From positions 1 through 61,924 of the forward strand of contig JBHGNT010000169.1 in the NCBI GenBank assembly GCA_043228905.1: 61,924 bases of DNA. Reading direction: 5' to 3'. The notes below the pieces were generated by a model. The model did not search any database. It had not been told where the DNA came from and saw only the letters and a program-made list of their open reading frames with translations. The DNA is from Azolla caroliniana (taxonomy: Eukaryota > Plantae > Polypodiophyta). The translations under genes were made by a program, and so were the position numbers. The number at the start of each line of letters is the position of its first letter. Position 1 is the first letter of the stretch. Below, one piece after another: positions 45,561 to 58,986 of this stretch.

Positions 45561-48500
45561 TCGGGTAGTTCCAGTGGAATCAGTCGAGATGTACGAGATC
45601 ATTGCGAAAATGGGGCCGGATGCACTCCGCAAAGAAGAAGCAATGGTAAGTACGAAATACAAAACCGTGGAGAAGAAAGTGAAACCGGTCGCGGGACTGC
45701 TACCCGCCGATAGCGAACAAAAGAGGAAAGAAGTCTCGGGAGATCCGACACTTCGAAAGTCCGTGGATATTAGACATGCCTTCACGGATGAGACCCGGAA
45801 AAAACTTCGGATCAGTGGAGGTGGTTTCCTCTTACAAAAAGAAGAAGAACGGTTTCGTGAGATGTTGGAACAACATGGAAAAGCATTTGCATTCACATCA
45901 AAGGAGATAGGGTGCGTTGATCCGAAGATAGTGGAGCCGATGGTGATCTTCACAATTGATCATGTGCCGTGGAACCTGAAGCCGATTCTGGTGCCACGGG
46001 TGCATATTCCAAAAGTCATCGACTTGCTCAAGGAGAAGGTGGCGATCCGGAACTCCGGAGTCGGTTCGATAGTGAACGAATTTGCGGAAGCATTTGCCGG
46101 ACGTGCGATATACTCCATCGGAGACCTATACTCTGGTCTGGGTATGACCAATTCCAACTAGCCGTGGAGAGTCGTGACATCACTACCATGCGAACACCGA
46201 TAGGATTAGTCTGTATGTGCACACTACCACAAGGCGCAACGAACTCGGTCGCACATTTGATGAATGCAATGAACAAGGTGCCCTGAGACTACATTCCGGA
46301 GATAACGATGTCGTTCCTAGATGACATTCCAATGAAAGGATGCGTGGTGGAAGAAAAAGATGAGACTATGGATGATCGGGGATGCCGATAGTTCGTAGTC
46401 GACCATATTCGCGATTGCGAGAAAGTGCTACGAAAGTTAGAAGATGTGCACCTAACACTTTCCAGAGAGAAATTGGCATTTAGACAAGAAGAAATATTGG
46501 TAGTCGAACATCTATGTGCCTACGGCCGAAGACCATCACCAACCAAGATCAATGTGAATCAAGCTATGAAAGAAGTATGCGAATCACAATCCAATGTCCG
46601 AAGGTTTCTTGGAGCATGGGCATTCTATCACATATGGATTCCTCACTATGCACATATTGCGGACCTACTCTATCACTTGTTGCGGAAGGGTAAGAAGTTT
46701 GAATGGAGACCGGAACATACCAAAGCCATGAAGAAGCTTAAGAAAACACTACTGAAGAAGCTATGACCGACCGATCATAGTAACGGTTGACACAAGTCCA
46801 ACCGGAATCGGATGGGTCATCAATCAAGCCGACTCGGATGGTTCGCGATATCCGATCTGCTTCGAAGCAAAGGTTCTCAACGAAAGGCAACGCAGGTATG
46901 CACAAGTCAAAAGAGAATTATGGGGATTCGTGTCGGCAATCAAATCGGATCGAGATTATTTGATCGGAGCCGAAGTAATCGAAACGGATTGTCTTCCTAT
47001 ACTCGGGATGATGCAGTGTTGTACTATGCCAGATGTGGCTATGCTAAGGTGGATTGCATATGTTAAGTCACTTAATCCGGAGGTATGACACATCTCCGGA
47101 AAAGACAACGCGGTAGCGGATATGCTATCAAGGGCACGGTTTGGAGACGACATAACCGAATCTGATAATGAAGAAGTTTCCGAAGACTACTTTGCTTCGG
47201 AACACATATGCCGGGTGAACATAATCCAAGAATTCCGGGAAGAAGAATACGAGGGAGAAAGCTTGCTAATCGGGAAAGTGATACAAGAAATCAAGGAATC
47301 ATCGAACAATAAAGAAAAGAGAGCTGAGATCCAAAGTAAGAAGCGGCAAGTCCGAAAGTTCTTCTTGAAAAATGGATTAATATGGAGGGAGCCGAAAAGA
47401 CCGAATGGCATACCACTTCGAGTAGTCGGGAGAAAAGAGCAACGAAACCAGATAATGTCCGAATTTCACGAATCCGATTGGGCTGGACATCGGGGAACAT
47501 GGGCAAAATTTGTGAAGATCAAGCAAAGATATTGGTGGAAGAATATGTACAAAGATGTCGCGGAGTTCACGGGAAGCTGCGAGAAATGCCAAGTCTACTC
47601 CAGGGTTCAACACCGAGATGAGTTACATCCGACATTCTCATCGACAATCAACTTCAAATGGATGGTCGACATTGTAGCCATGCCAATTGGGATCGGACAA
47701 AAGAAGTACTTCGTGTTAGCTCAGGAAGATCTCACAAACCAAGTAGAAGGTCGAGCGCTATGAAGGAAAACGTGTTTTGCGGTATGCCAATTTCTTTTGG
47801 AAGAAGTGGTTTGCAGGTACGGGTGCATAGGACAAGTGATTGCGGATCGAGGAGAACAGTACTATGATAAAGCTAGGGAATTCTTCACCAAACATGGAGT
47901 TCGGTTAACACTAACAACGGCATACAATCCGGAAGCCAACAGGAAGATTGAACAAGGACATAGTCCAATCGTCAAAGCGCTTGCAAAAGCATGCGACAGA
48001 AGGGAGAAGGATTGGCCGCAGATGCTCCCGTATGCACTATGGGCGGATCGTACGATGCATAGTTCCGCAACCAGTTTTATGCAAGCCAAACTTATGACCG
48101 GACAAGCACCGGTAATGCCAACGGAAGCCGCAATTGCGACATGGATAATGTTGTTGTGGAAGGAAGAGATGAGCCGGGAAGAACTACTAGCAGTCTGGAT
48201 ACGACAACTGGAGGGAAGACCAGAAGACATAACGGAAACAACACTCCGACAACAAGAAGCGCGATTCCGGAACAAAAGCCGATTCGACACAAAGCATCGA
48301 CTAAGACCGTGGAAGATTGAAGAAGGAGATTGGGTGATTCTCTATGACAGTAGTCTGGATCATCAACATACAACGATACGGAAGCTTGCAAAAAGGTGGT
48401 TCAGGCCATACGAGGTTCGGAAAGTTTTCAACAACGGAACTTACCGACTATGCGAGTTGGATGGAACAGTACTACGGGTGCATATAGTGGGGAAACGAGT

Positions 48501-51500
48501 GAAGATTTTCAAGAAGCGGACTGATGAAGAACCCTATGTAACCCTAGACAAGTCCGACATCGAGGAGCAACCGGATAAAGATCGCGGTGATACGGAAAGT
48601 GAAGAAAGTGAACTACAACTCGTAGTCAACATAAGGGGAGAATCGGAGAGTGCTACGGAGATTCCTTTTCTAACAATGGAGCAAACCATGCCAAAGTTGA
48701 GCCACTTAACAACGTGCCTACTAAACCCACTCATGATGCATCAGTGGGATATCGGGAAGGATGCATTTGAATGACTAATCGTACCTGATTAAGGAATCCT
48801 ATAAACTGCGATCGCGTTGCATCGAATTTCATGGGAAGGCCGATCTTGGGTTCTTTATGAACCCCTTGCGTATTGGGTCCTTGTTGTTGCAACGCGACTA
48901 TGGTTGCTTCGAGCTATTGCACGCGTAACACTAGTTCCCCATGTTGTTGTTGCGTCTAATGCTTCTCAAAGGAGATTTGTTGAAGCTCCCCCAACAATCG
49001 TTGATTTTCTTGTTCCAATGTGAGAAACTTCTCTTTCAAGCATTGCAACTCCAAAAAAATGGATTGATATTCTTGAGCACTAACAATGGCCATAGTATGA
49101 GAGAAAAGACGAATAAGAGATTAGTATGAAGGGAGGGAGAAGTAAGAAGATAAAGGATGAGAAGGAACGAGAAGGAACGAGACAAAATCGGTTCAAACTG
49201 TTAGGAACAGTACTAAGACAGAGAAGGAATTAGTACTAAAAGATGAGGATTTGTACTAAGGGAGGTGTAGAACTCTCAAGAGAAGGAAAGAGTGAGTGAG
49301 TGAGTGAGAGAGATGATAACAAAAGATATATATTATGTTAAGAGAATATACAATAGTAGCTAGGAGGCTTAAGATTGGCATTGAACCAATTTGGTTCGAA
49401 ATAATGCCTTGTGCCTCCTTTTATAGTGTTCTAAGGAGTACTCCTGAAAGTTTCTAGAATGTTCCAAAGAAATTTGGAATATACATCAATTTTCTATAGT
49501 AAAACTTAAATGAAAATAATATTCTTCATATTACAACATATAGTCTAATGGTCAAGAGCTCGACCCATGTAACATAATGTTATGGATTCGAGTCTTGCCA
49601 TATCATGACAGTGGCGAGAGTGATGCATACCTACAAAGCAGAAGAGGCAGATGCTTGGACGTGGGGGACTGGTACCCCGCATCTTCACTTCTTGCTCAAT
49701 TTATAGTTGATACAAAGGTACCCATTTGGGTTGGCTTAGCTACATGCGTGCTAAAAATGGTGTGCTAAAAAGGTGGGTTGGCTTAGGTACATGCATGCTA
49801 AAAAGGGTGGCACAAAGGAACACATGCACACCATAATATGATTATATAAAATACTTGCACCTTCAGAGTAATTTCATTATTCTAGAAAACTTTGGAAAGT
49901 AATAGAAACTTCTGGAGCATGCATGCATATTCCTCGAATATTCATTGTCTACATGCAATACTTTGCCTAGATGCAATTCTCAGGAACATGTATAATAAAT
50001 ATGGTTGTTCATCTTGATCCCAATCAAGGTGAACAAGACCAGTTATAGAATCATAAGTACAATTCATTCTTTCTCTCTCAGTATCTTGCTCTTGTCTCAC
50101 ATTAGTCGCTCTAACAATCTGTGACATAAGGTTTTAGCATATATAAGAAGGTTACCAACCTTAATGAACGGGGTCATTTTAATTACTTTGATGGAGAGCC
50201 TAATAGTGTAGCTAAGCTCTAGCTTCGTATGTGTGTACCTCTTTCTTCTTCAAATCCAAGGTACGATATATGTCCAAACTTGGTGGTATGGGACACCGAT
50301 GAGAGACTCAGATCTGTCTCTCACCTTCATTAGGGGTGGTCCAGTGCCCGTTAAATTTTCTCCTTAATTTCTCTTAATGTTACTTTAGGTTCTTACATTT
50401 TGGCTCTAAAAAACTCTTATAAATAAGTAGATGTATCAAATAGGGTTTTATCTCCAATAGCTAGTTTAACAAAGAAAAAAAAAAAACCAAGATGTTCTTG
50501 TTCTTGTTCTTGTTCTTGTTCTTGTTCTTGTTCTTGTTCTTGTTCTTGTTCTTGTGATTTAAACTTTGGCTTTGGCAAACTCTTGCAAATCTGTAGACTT
50601 ACCAATTAGATTTTTGTAGGATCTTATGTTGGATGAAATGTTGTTTTGCAATTAAAGGAGGTGTGGGATAGTTGACTCCAATTGTTGTAGTCTTTATGGA
50701 AAGCACAATGTGTGTAGATGTCTTAGGGTCAAATAATATCGGTTGAAGAAACCATTTCTTTTGTTTTGTCAGAATTGGCGAGTTCATGAAAAGTTGAATA
50801 TGTTAATATTCCTACACATACAGATTTAGGACTGTGGAGTAGTGTAAAGAATCGGATACGATTCTTGTGAAGCGGAAGAGATGTGAGTTATGTGTGTATA
50901 TGAGAGAGAGTGAGAGAGACAAGGAGTAAGACACAGAGAATACGCAAGGTAAAAGTATATTAACAAAGGAGAAAGACTTGACACAATACAAGGTGGGAGG
51001 AGGGTGCTTTATATAGTCACCCTCTCTCTTTATTAACTACAAGACTCATGGAGCATGGGGAATATGAAAGCTCATAAGTTATGTGTCATAGAATATGATT
51101 CTATGACTCATACTAAATGCTAGAATACAAAGGGGTGACATAATGGTGACTCTTGACTATTGGAGTGTCTATTCACTCTCAAGGTGAGTTCACACACTAG
51201 ACCAAGTTGAGCTTGATTCTCAACACGCCCCCTCAAGCTCAAGTCGGGTCGGTTTCAGACGGTATCCGAAATCCGCTTCGACTCGCGTTTATGCGGAGTT
51301 GCGGAATCCGTGCTCCAACTTACGTTGTGTGTAGTTGCGAAGTCTGTGCTTCGGCTTGTGTCTTTCTTTGCGGCTTTGCAGTAGATCGGCACTTCGCGGC
51401 TTTGTTGCACGGTTACGTAATCCACGCGTTATTGCGTAATGTCTTAAGTACTCCCCCTCAAGCTTGGCAGGTCAGGGATCATCAATCCGAGATCGTTCAT

Positions 51501-52429
51501 GAATTGCCATAGCTTGTCGGCTCCTAAGGCTTTAGTGAAGATGTCGGTCGTTTGAAGATTGGTGCTAATGTGTTGTAGGTCGACATCACCAGCTAAAACG
51601 CGCTCTCGGATGAAGTGATAGTGCACTTCGATGTGCTTTGTCCACGCGTGGAACACAAGGTTCCGAGCTAGATAGATATTGCTCATGTTGTCGCAGTAAA
51701 GGGAAGTCGGATCCTTGATGGGTACGCCCAGATCCTTGAGTATCCTTTTGAGCCATACAGCTTCACATGCGGCCACTGTCGCACCCCTGTATTCTGCCTT
51801 TGTGCTCGAAAGAGCGACGGTTGGTTGCTTTTTGCTACTCCAGGATATTGCTCCGTTGCCGAGGGAGAAAACAAATCCGGAGGTTGATCTTCTATCGGCT
51901 TTGTAGCCGGCCCAATCGGCGTCTGTGTACCCCTCGAGTCGTATTGGCATCGCGATCTTGTAGAGGATGCCGCAATCCATTGTGCCGCTCACGTATCGTA
52001 GAACTCGCTTAGCGCAATCCAAGTGAGTATCACGCGGTGTTTGCATGAATTGACTAAGGAGACCGACCGGATAACTGAGATCGAGTCGAGTGATTGTGAG
52101 ATAGATGAGACTCCCGATGAGTTGCTGATACTGAGTCAGCTCACACGCTTTGGTGCCGGAGTTCGCATCCAGTTTGAGATTGCGATCGAGCGGGGTTGCC
52201 GCGGATTTGCACTCAGCCATCCTGAACTTGTATAACAAGTTGAGGATGTAGTGTCGTTGAGAGATCATGATTCCAACCGGAGTCCGAATTTCCTCGATGC
52301 CGAGGAAGTAGTGGAGCTCCTTCATGTCCATCATCTCGAACTTGTTAGAAAGGAGGGATTTGACCTTATTGAGTTCGATGAGATGCTCACCTCCAATTAC
52401 TAGGACATCCACATATAAGATGATGACAA

Positions 52430-54335
52430 GTTCTTCTCGCGGAGCTATGTTTGGCAGATTTTCTCCTCGTTGTCTCTATGGGTTCTTTGGAAAGCTCGGT
52501 GCTCCAAGTTATACAATGATGAAGACATTCACGTTGTGGATCAGGTAAAGTCTTTTTGGAATTTATTAGTACATTCGGTTAAAGGTGAGTATGACAGGTA
52601 TAAAGGCTATGGAAACACAGCCATTCGAAAAAGAAAGAGATTACGACGAGTTTGGTCAGCTATTCCTATAATGTTAGATGCAGGCACGGAGGTTAGGTGG
52701 AATTATGTGCCACCTCGTTGGTTGTTCCCGCCACCAGTACCATTCTTAGGGCGAACAACATGAGATAACAGGGAGGAGACGGTGGCGGCATGTATGAAGC
52801 CTATTTTAATGTAGGTAAGATATACATATGCTAGAAGAAGATATGAGGAAATGGGATGATGTTCTGGATGCTGAATCAGGCTAGTAAAAGAAGATTTTAG
52901 TGGTATGAGGCAGATTTCGTGTGATAATCAGAGACATCGACATGGTGGATGTGGACAGGTTGAAATAGGTTTAAGTTGTTTTGTGATTAGGATGACTGAT
53001 GGTGGTGGGGGTTGTCAAACATTACTAGGAGAAGGTGAGGATTTCTGTTTGTTTTCTACTCGTTTGTTGGTTGTTAGTGTAACAGGATTGTCGAATCGAA
53101 GATAGTGAGATGGTAGATGGGGACAGGACGAAGCCGTTTTTCTGTTTTTTGTGGTTAGGATGAGTGATGTTGGAGTGGGGGCTGAAGCAGATTATTATGA
53201 GAAGGTGAGGAATGATTTTCGCTCATTTTTGTTGTGTTACAGGGCCGCGTTAATCAGTGAGATGGAATAGGGAAAGCAAGATACCCTACATATGGGTTGA
53301 CTTAAGACAGATATTATGGTTCTCATAGGTTGCGGGATGATGGCAGTGGGATTTGAAGCAACTTTTTCATGGTGTGAGGATGAGTGGTGTTGGTGCGAGG
53401 GCTGAAGCAGATAAGGAGGGGAGAGGAATCATTGTTCACTTATTTTGTTGTTAATTACACAGGATATTGGCGGTACTCGGCGAGATGGTGGATGTGGATT
53501 GATTGAAGCAATTTGTTTGTTTTTAGGAGTGATGATGGTGGGGGGGACAGAAGCAAATCATGAGGGGATGAGGAACCATTATTCACTTGTTTTTGTTGTT
53601 TTTGTATAGGTCAGAGGTGGTATTCGGCGAGATGGTGGATGTGGTTTGACTGAAGCAATTTCTCTGTTTTTAGGAGTGACGATGGTGTGGGGGAACGAAG
53701 CAAATCATGAGGGAATGAGGAACAATGTCTCATTTTTGTTGATTCATTGCACAGGACATTGGTCCTATTCGGCGAGATGGTGGATGTGGACTAAAGGAAG
53801 CAATGTGTCTATTTTAGGAGTGATGATGGTGGGGGGGATCGAAGCAGCTCATGAGGGGATGAGGAATTTTTATTTATTTTGTTGTTAATTCCACAGGACA
53901 TTGGTGGCATTCGGCGAGATGGTGGAGGTAGACTGAATGAAGCAAATTTGGTTGATTTTAGGAGTGATGATGGTGAGGGGGCCGAAGCACATCATGAAGG
54001 GAGAGTGAATAAGTTGTGGGGATCGAAGCAAATGGGATCTGTTTGCAACTGCTTCTGTTGGGATGGTGAATCTTCTTACAGAGACGGAAATCTTCTTACA
54101 CCTGACACATATGATTGGAAAGACGGAGGACATGGAATCTGCAGCAGATCACTGGAATCAATGCTGTGTTTTATGGCTGGTTTTTTTTTTTTTTTTTTTC
54201 CCAACAGTTTTTACAAATACTAGAATCATTTCAGATATACTGTGGAGATGAAACAATATTATGTACTATTTGTATACTGCCTTCGGGCTTTTTATTAATA
54301 CCAATGGAGCATATGTTTTACGGTAAAAAAAAAAA
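52430..54335 (+). mobile_element. 5'-truncated L1-type LINE inserted in the copia RT
   Basis: 13-bp TSD AAGATGATGACAA (52417-52429, 54336-54348); poly(A) from 54325; ORF2-like C-terminus LWVLWKARC ending at 52763; long 3' UTR. Confidence 0.85.
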
Positions 54336-56920
54336 AAGATGATGACAATCGGACTGGTGGAATCGCTTCGTATGTAGTGGGAGTTGTCCGATTTTGACAT
54401 ATGGAAGTCGATTTGATGAAGATATTGCGTTATCTTCGAATGCCAAGCACGCGGTGCTTGCTTGAGGCCGTAGAATGGCTTCTTGAGTTGGCATACAACT
54501 TTCGGATGGGTGCTCAAGTTGAAACCGGGTGGTTGTATCATGTACACCTCCTCTTCCAATTCGCCTTGTAGAAAGGCGTTCTTGACGTCCATTTGATGGA
54601 GGTGCCACCCTTTCGCCGCAGCAAGCGCAATTACGGTCCGTACCATTGTCATCTTTGCCACCGGGGCAAAGGTCTCTTCGTAGTCAACTCCATGCATTTG
54701 GGCATAGCCTTTCGCTACGAGTCGCGCTTTGTAGCGGTTGATGGAACCGTCGATGTTGTACTTCCCTTTGTAAATCCATCTGCATCCGATCACCTTTTTG
54801 TGTGGTGAGGTGGGAACGAGATCCCAAGTCTCGTTCTTGCGTAGTGCATGCATCTCCTCGTTCATGGCTTCGATCCATCGCGGATCCTTGGCTGCTTCGG
54901 AAAAAGTTTCCGGCTCGCGTACTATCGCCACCTTCATCATAAAGGCATAATGATATGCCATGTAGTCGTTGTAGCCGAATCGGCTGACCGGATTCTTTTC
55001 ACGGGTGGAGCGACGGAGCTTTCCATTTGCAAAGATGAGGGCTTTCTTAGCTTCGATTGGTAAATCGAAGCCGCCGAACTCATTGTCGAGTGAGTGAGTC
55101 GACTCATTGTCGTCAAAGCGATCGTCTTCGTAGTCCAACATTTTTGCCTTGCCTTTGTCCATCTTCAGGCTAGGCCGTGATGTGCTTTGATCGCTCAAAG
55201 GCTCTTGTGGTCCGCTCAGTCGGGTCATGATCGGAATTTCTTCGAACATGCACGTAAGGCGATCTTCATCCTCTATCTCTTGTTCGGCAGATTCCGGGTC
55301 GAGCGGAGTCGGAGTCGGAGTCGGAGTCGGAGTTGTCTCTGGTGCGTACCAGGATGCAGACTTGTCAAAAACGACATCTCGACTTAATCAAGATTTTCGA
55401 GTTGAAGGGTTGTAGCACTTGTACCCCTTTTGCTCCAATGAGTATCCTACGAGGATACATTTCTCCGACTTCGGGTCAAGCTTTTGACGCATCTCGTCGG
55501 GGATGTGCACGTACGCTATTGCACCGAATATCCGGGTGTGCGATAAGTTCGGCTTCTTTCTGATGTATTTTTCGTTCGGAGTGACCTCGTGCACGCCGGA
55601 TGTTGTGCATCAGTTCATTAGGTAGACGGCCGTATTTGCAGCTTCGGCCCAATATGACTTGGGCATATGCTTCTCGTTCATCATGACCCGCGCTACTTCG
55701 AGGATGTGCCGATTTTTGCACTCGGCTACTCCGTTTTGTTGCGGAGTGTGTCGGCAAGTGAATTCTCGCCGAATTCCTTCCTTTCGGAGATACACCGTGA
55801 AATTGTCCGAGAAATACTCCTTGCCACCATCCGATCGAAGACAACGTACATGTCGGCCCGTGGCTTTCTCAACTTCATTCTTGAATGTTGGGAAGTGTCC
55901 GAACACTTCGCTCTTTTGCCGCATCGGGTAGATCCAAGTGTGCTTGGAGAAGTCGTCGATGAAGAGCACGTAATATCGGCATTCGCCGAATGTAGCCGTC
56001 TGCGCCGGTCCCCATACGTCGAAATGGACTACGTCGAGTAGACCTTTGCTCACGTTCCGCTCTTTCGGGAACGGGTGTCGGTGTTGCTTGCCGAATTGGC
56101 ACGCTTCGCATACACCTTCAATCTCCTTCTCTTTGAATGTCGGGAGTCCGATCACGACTCCTTTCGATTTCATTGCTTTGAGTTTGTTGAGATTGATGTG
56201 GCTGATTCTCTTGTGCCACAGCTCTATGTCGGAGTCGGCTTTCATGCCCTTTGCGAACATGGCCGATTTCATCTCGTGTGAGTCGAGAATGAACATTCGG
56301 CCCTCTCTTTGTCGACGTGCGATGAGTTGGCCCTCTTTTTTGATGAAGCAACCGCCTTGATTAAATCGAACTTGCATCCCTTGCTCTACAATTTTGCTGA
56401 CGAAGACCAAATTCTTCGTAATGGTCAGTACATGCAAGACATTTTTAATGTAATTTTGCTTACCTTCTTTTCCGAACGGAACATTGCCGATGTGCCGAAT
56501 CGGGTGCGTAGTGTCGTCTCCGGTTTCGACATAGCTGGGTCGGTCCAGCTCTCGAAGTTCTCGGAACCATTCTTGATGCGATGTCATATGGTTCGAGGCA
56601 CCGGAATCGACGAACCATACGTCTTCCGGACCGGAGGCACTAGTTGAGGTAGAGGCCGACATAGAGTTTGCTCTATGTTTCATCATGAACGTTCCACCAC
56701 GGTTGGAGTTGTGTGCATACATTCCGCCACGATCTTCGTAGCTGGAGTTGTGCCTGTACATTCTGCCACGGTTGGAGTTGTGCACATAATTCGTGAGTTG
56801 TCGGCTTGTGGAAGCCATTTCGCGCATCTTCTTTCAACACTCTTCTTCATGGTGGCCGAGCTTTCCGCAATATCCACATTCGGTTGCGTTTTGACGGCTC
56901 AGGCCGGAGTGGAAGCTCCC

Positions 56921-57058
56921 TGTTACGGGCATGACCATTTAATATCCCGTGGTGAGAATTTACCGTAGTATTCTATACACATGGATAAGTGTGAGGGGTC
57001 AACTAGAATACTACGGTAAATTCTCACCACGGGATATTAAATGGTCATGCCTGTAACA
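56921..57058. mobile_element. 138-bp MITE-like hairpin element, 55-bp TIRs, TGT...ACA ends, 5-bp TSD CTCCC
   Basis: Arms 56921-56975 and 57004-57058 are complementary with one G-T pair; CTCCC at 56916-56920 and 57059-57063. Confidence 0.92.
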
Positions 57059-58986
57059 CTCCCCCTTCATGCGAAGGTTCCTCGTTGGCTTCCGTTTTGT
57101 GGCCGAAATTGGTAGTTGTTGTCGTAGGTCGGACCTCGTCCGCCTTGTTCTTGGCCAAATCGGCCTCTCGCTCGTCTGCGTCCTCTTCCTCCATTCGAGT
57201 GCGTGTAGAGCATGTGGCCTTCCGACTCGTTGCTCCTTGTACGCACTTGGTTTTCTTCGACCAATAGCATTGATTTGAGCTCGAAGAAGGAGGGAGATTT
57301 CTCCCTTGCTAGAACGGCGGTTCGCATCGCGCTGAACCGTGGTGCGAGGCCGCTGAGGCATATTTGCACCATCTCATCATCATCTATACTTACGCTTATC
57401 GAGCCGAGTGAGTCACAAAGCTCCTTGATCTTCAAGGTCTATGTCGTGATGGACATGTCCCTTTGTTGAATGTTGTTCAACTCTTGGCGGAGTTGAAGCC
57501 TTCTTGCAGTTGTGTTTGCCGCGAAAATCTTTCGTAGATTTTCCCATGCCTCCTTCGGCGTCTTGGCTTCGCAAATGTAGCCGAGCATGTAATCGTGAAC
57601 ACATGTCGCCAAGCAATACATCACGCAGCTTGCAGCTTGCTCCCATGTCGCGTATCCAAGAGCCGCTTCGGCGGGTCGGTCTTCGTGCTCTCCTTTGATA
57701 TAGCTCCAATAGCCTTGTCCGACAAGGTATTGGTGCATCTTGTACTCCCAAGATGCGAAGTTGTTTCGACCCAACTTCTCGGTAGGGAGAGCGCTCCACA
57801 TTTGAGTATTCATTATGTCGATTCTTCTTCTTCTTCTTCTTCTTCTCTCTTCGAATGCGAGCTATGTAGCAAAGCTACGATAGCGATGAGCCGGTTCTTG
57901 GTCATCGGCGTAGAGCACAACACACGATCACGATGAGGCAAATGGGCTAGATCGAGCTACCAAATTGCTCTAATACCATGTAAAGAATCGGATATGATTC
58001 TTGTGAAGTGGAAGAGATGTAAGTTATGTGTGTACATGAGAGAGAGTGAGAGAGACAAGGAGTAAGAAACAGAGAATACGCAAGGTAAAAGTATATTAAC
58101 AAAGGAGAAAGACTTGACACAATACAAGGTGGGAGGAGGGTGCTTTATATAGTCACCCTCTCTCTTTATTAACTACAAGACTCATGGAGCATGGGGAATA
58201 TGAAAGCTCATAAGTTATGTGTCATAGAATATGATTCTATGACTCATACTAAATGCTAGAATACAAAGGGGTGACATAATGGTGACTCTTGACCGTTGGA
58301 GTGTCTATTCACTCTCAAGGTGAGTTCACACACTAGACCAAGTTGAGCTTGATTCTCAACAAGTAGCATTCCGGTTTTTTGGTTGGTAGATGATAAGATG
58401 ATTTGGTTGTTTTCTACACCTTGTTGGTTTCTGTCTGCTTCTTTGTGTATATATAAATTCATCTCCCTGGCACATTTAAGCGAATGATCTATAGATGGTC
58501 ATTGACTTTCACATGAGGGTTTTGGAACAATCTTGGCTTCCTTTCGACTTAATTTGTATGTTATGGCCAATATTGTTTTTCTTAACTAATGGAAGGATAT
58601 TGTTTTTTTATAATAAAAAAAGGGTTTTATCTCATCTCCACCATAAAGCTTATCATCTAAGGTTTTAAGACTTGGGACTTTATATGAATTCATCTCCCAA
58701 ATAAGACTTATCATTTAAGGTTTTAAGAATCATGACCTTATATACATAGATTGACATATTTGCAGTCGTGGGGCCTGTACCACGAATTCATACGAATAGG
58801 AATACGAATACATGTAAATGTATTCATTTTCTTTCTTTCTTTTTTAATTTTTTAAAAAAAAATAAAAAATAAAAAACTGTTTTTTTCCTAAGAGATAGTG
58901 AACGAGCAGCGAGCGAGGAAGCCTCACCCTACTCCCTATGCGTGCTGCCCTCGCTTTCCTCTGCATCTTGTTCTCGGCCAAGAAAT

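Larger units (their letters stand above)
40720..48660 (+). mobile_element. Degenerate Phygy/Selgy-like gypsy internal region G2 (gag, PR, RT, RH, IN), no own LTRs seen
   Basis: Homologous to G1 throughout (WVETPDKG, CIWCDSTEHDRRDC, ALIDHESEINLM, SIGDLYSG, WAGHRGTW); many stops and frameshifts. Confidence 0.88.
23035..49610 (-). mobile_element. Degenerate Tcn1-like chromovirus hosting a 23-kb nest: 3' LTR 23035-23454, RH/IN/chromodomain to ~25342, gag 5' part ~48660-49093, 5' LTR 49199-49610
   Basis: Same-family LTRs in the same orientation; flanks GTGGT (23030-23034) and GTGGC (49611-49615) match 4 of 5; the central PR/RT part is missing. Confidence 0.7.
50843..58361 (-). mobile_element. Full-length degenerate Ty1/copia element (family C)
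   Basis: 383-bp LTRs 50843-51225 and 57979-58361 (about 7 differences seen); TSD AGTAG; PBS tggtattagagc; gag from 57813, WFVDSGASNH, SDGGKEY, QMDVKNAFL, RNase H to 51444. Confidence 0.95.

Noticed and set aside
50290-50350. ccgatgag followed by hairpin tgagagac...gtctctca, hammerhead-like at first sight
   Set aside because: The core is CCGATGA and no GAAA follows the stem.
50492-50556. (GTTCTT)n repeat translating as QEQEQE
   Set aside because: Simple hexanucleotide microsatellite with no gene context.
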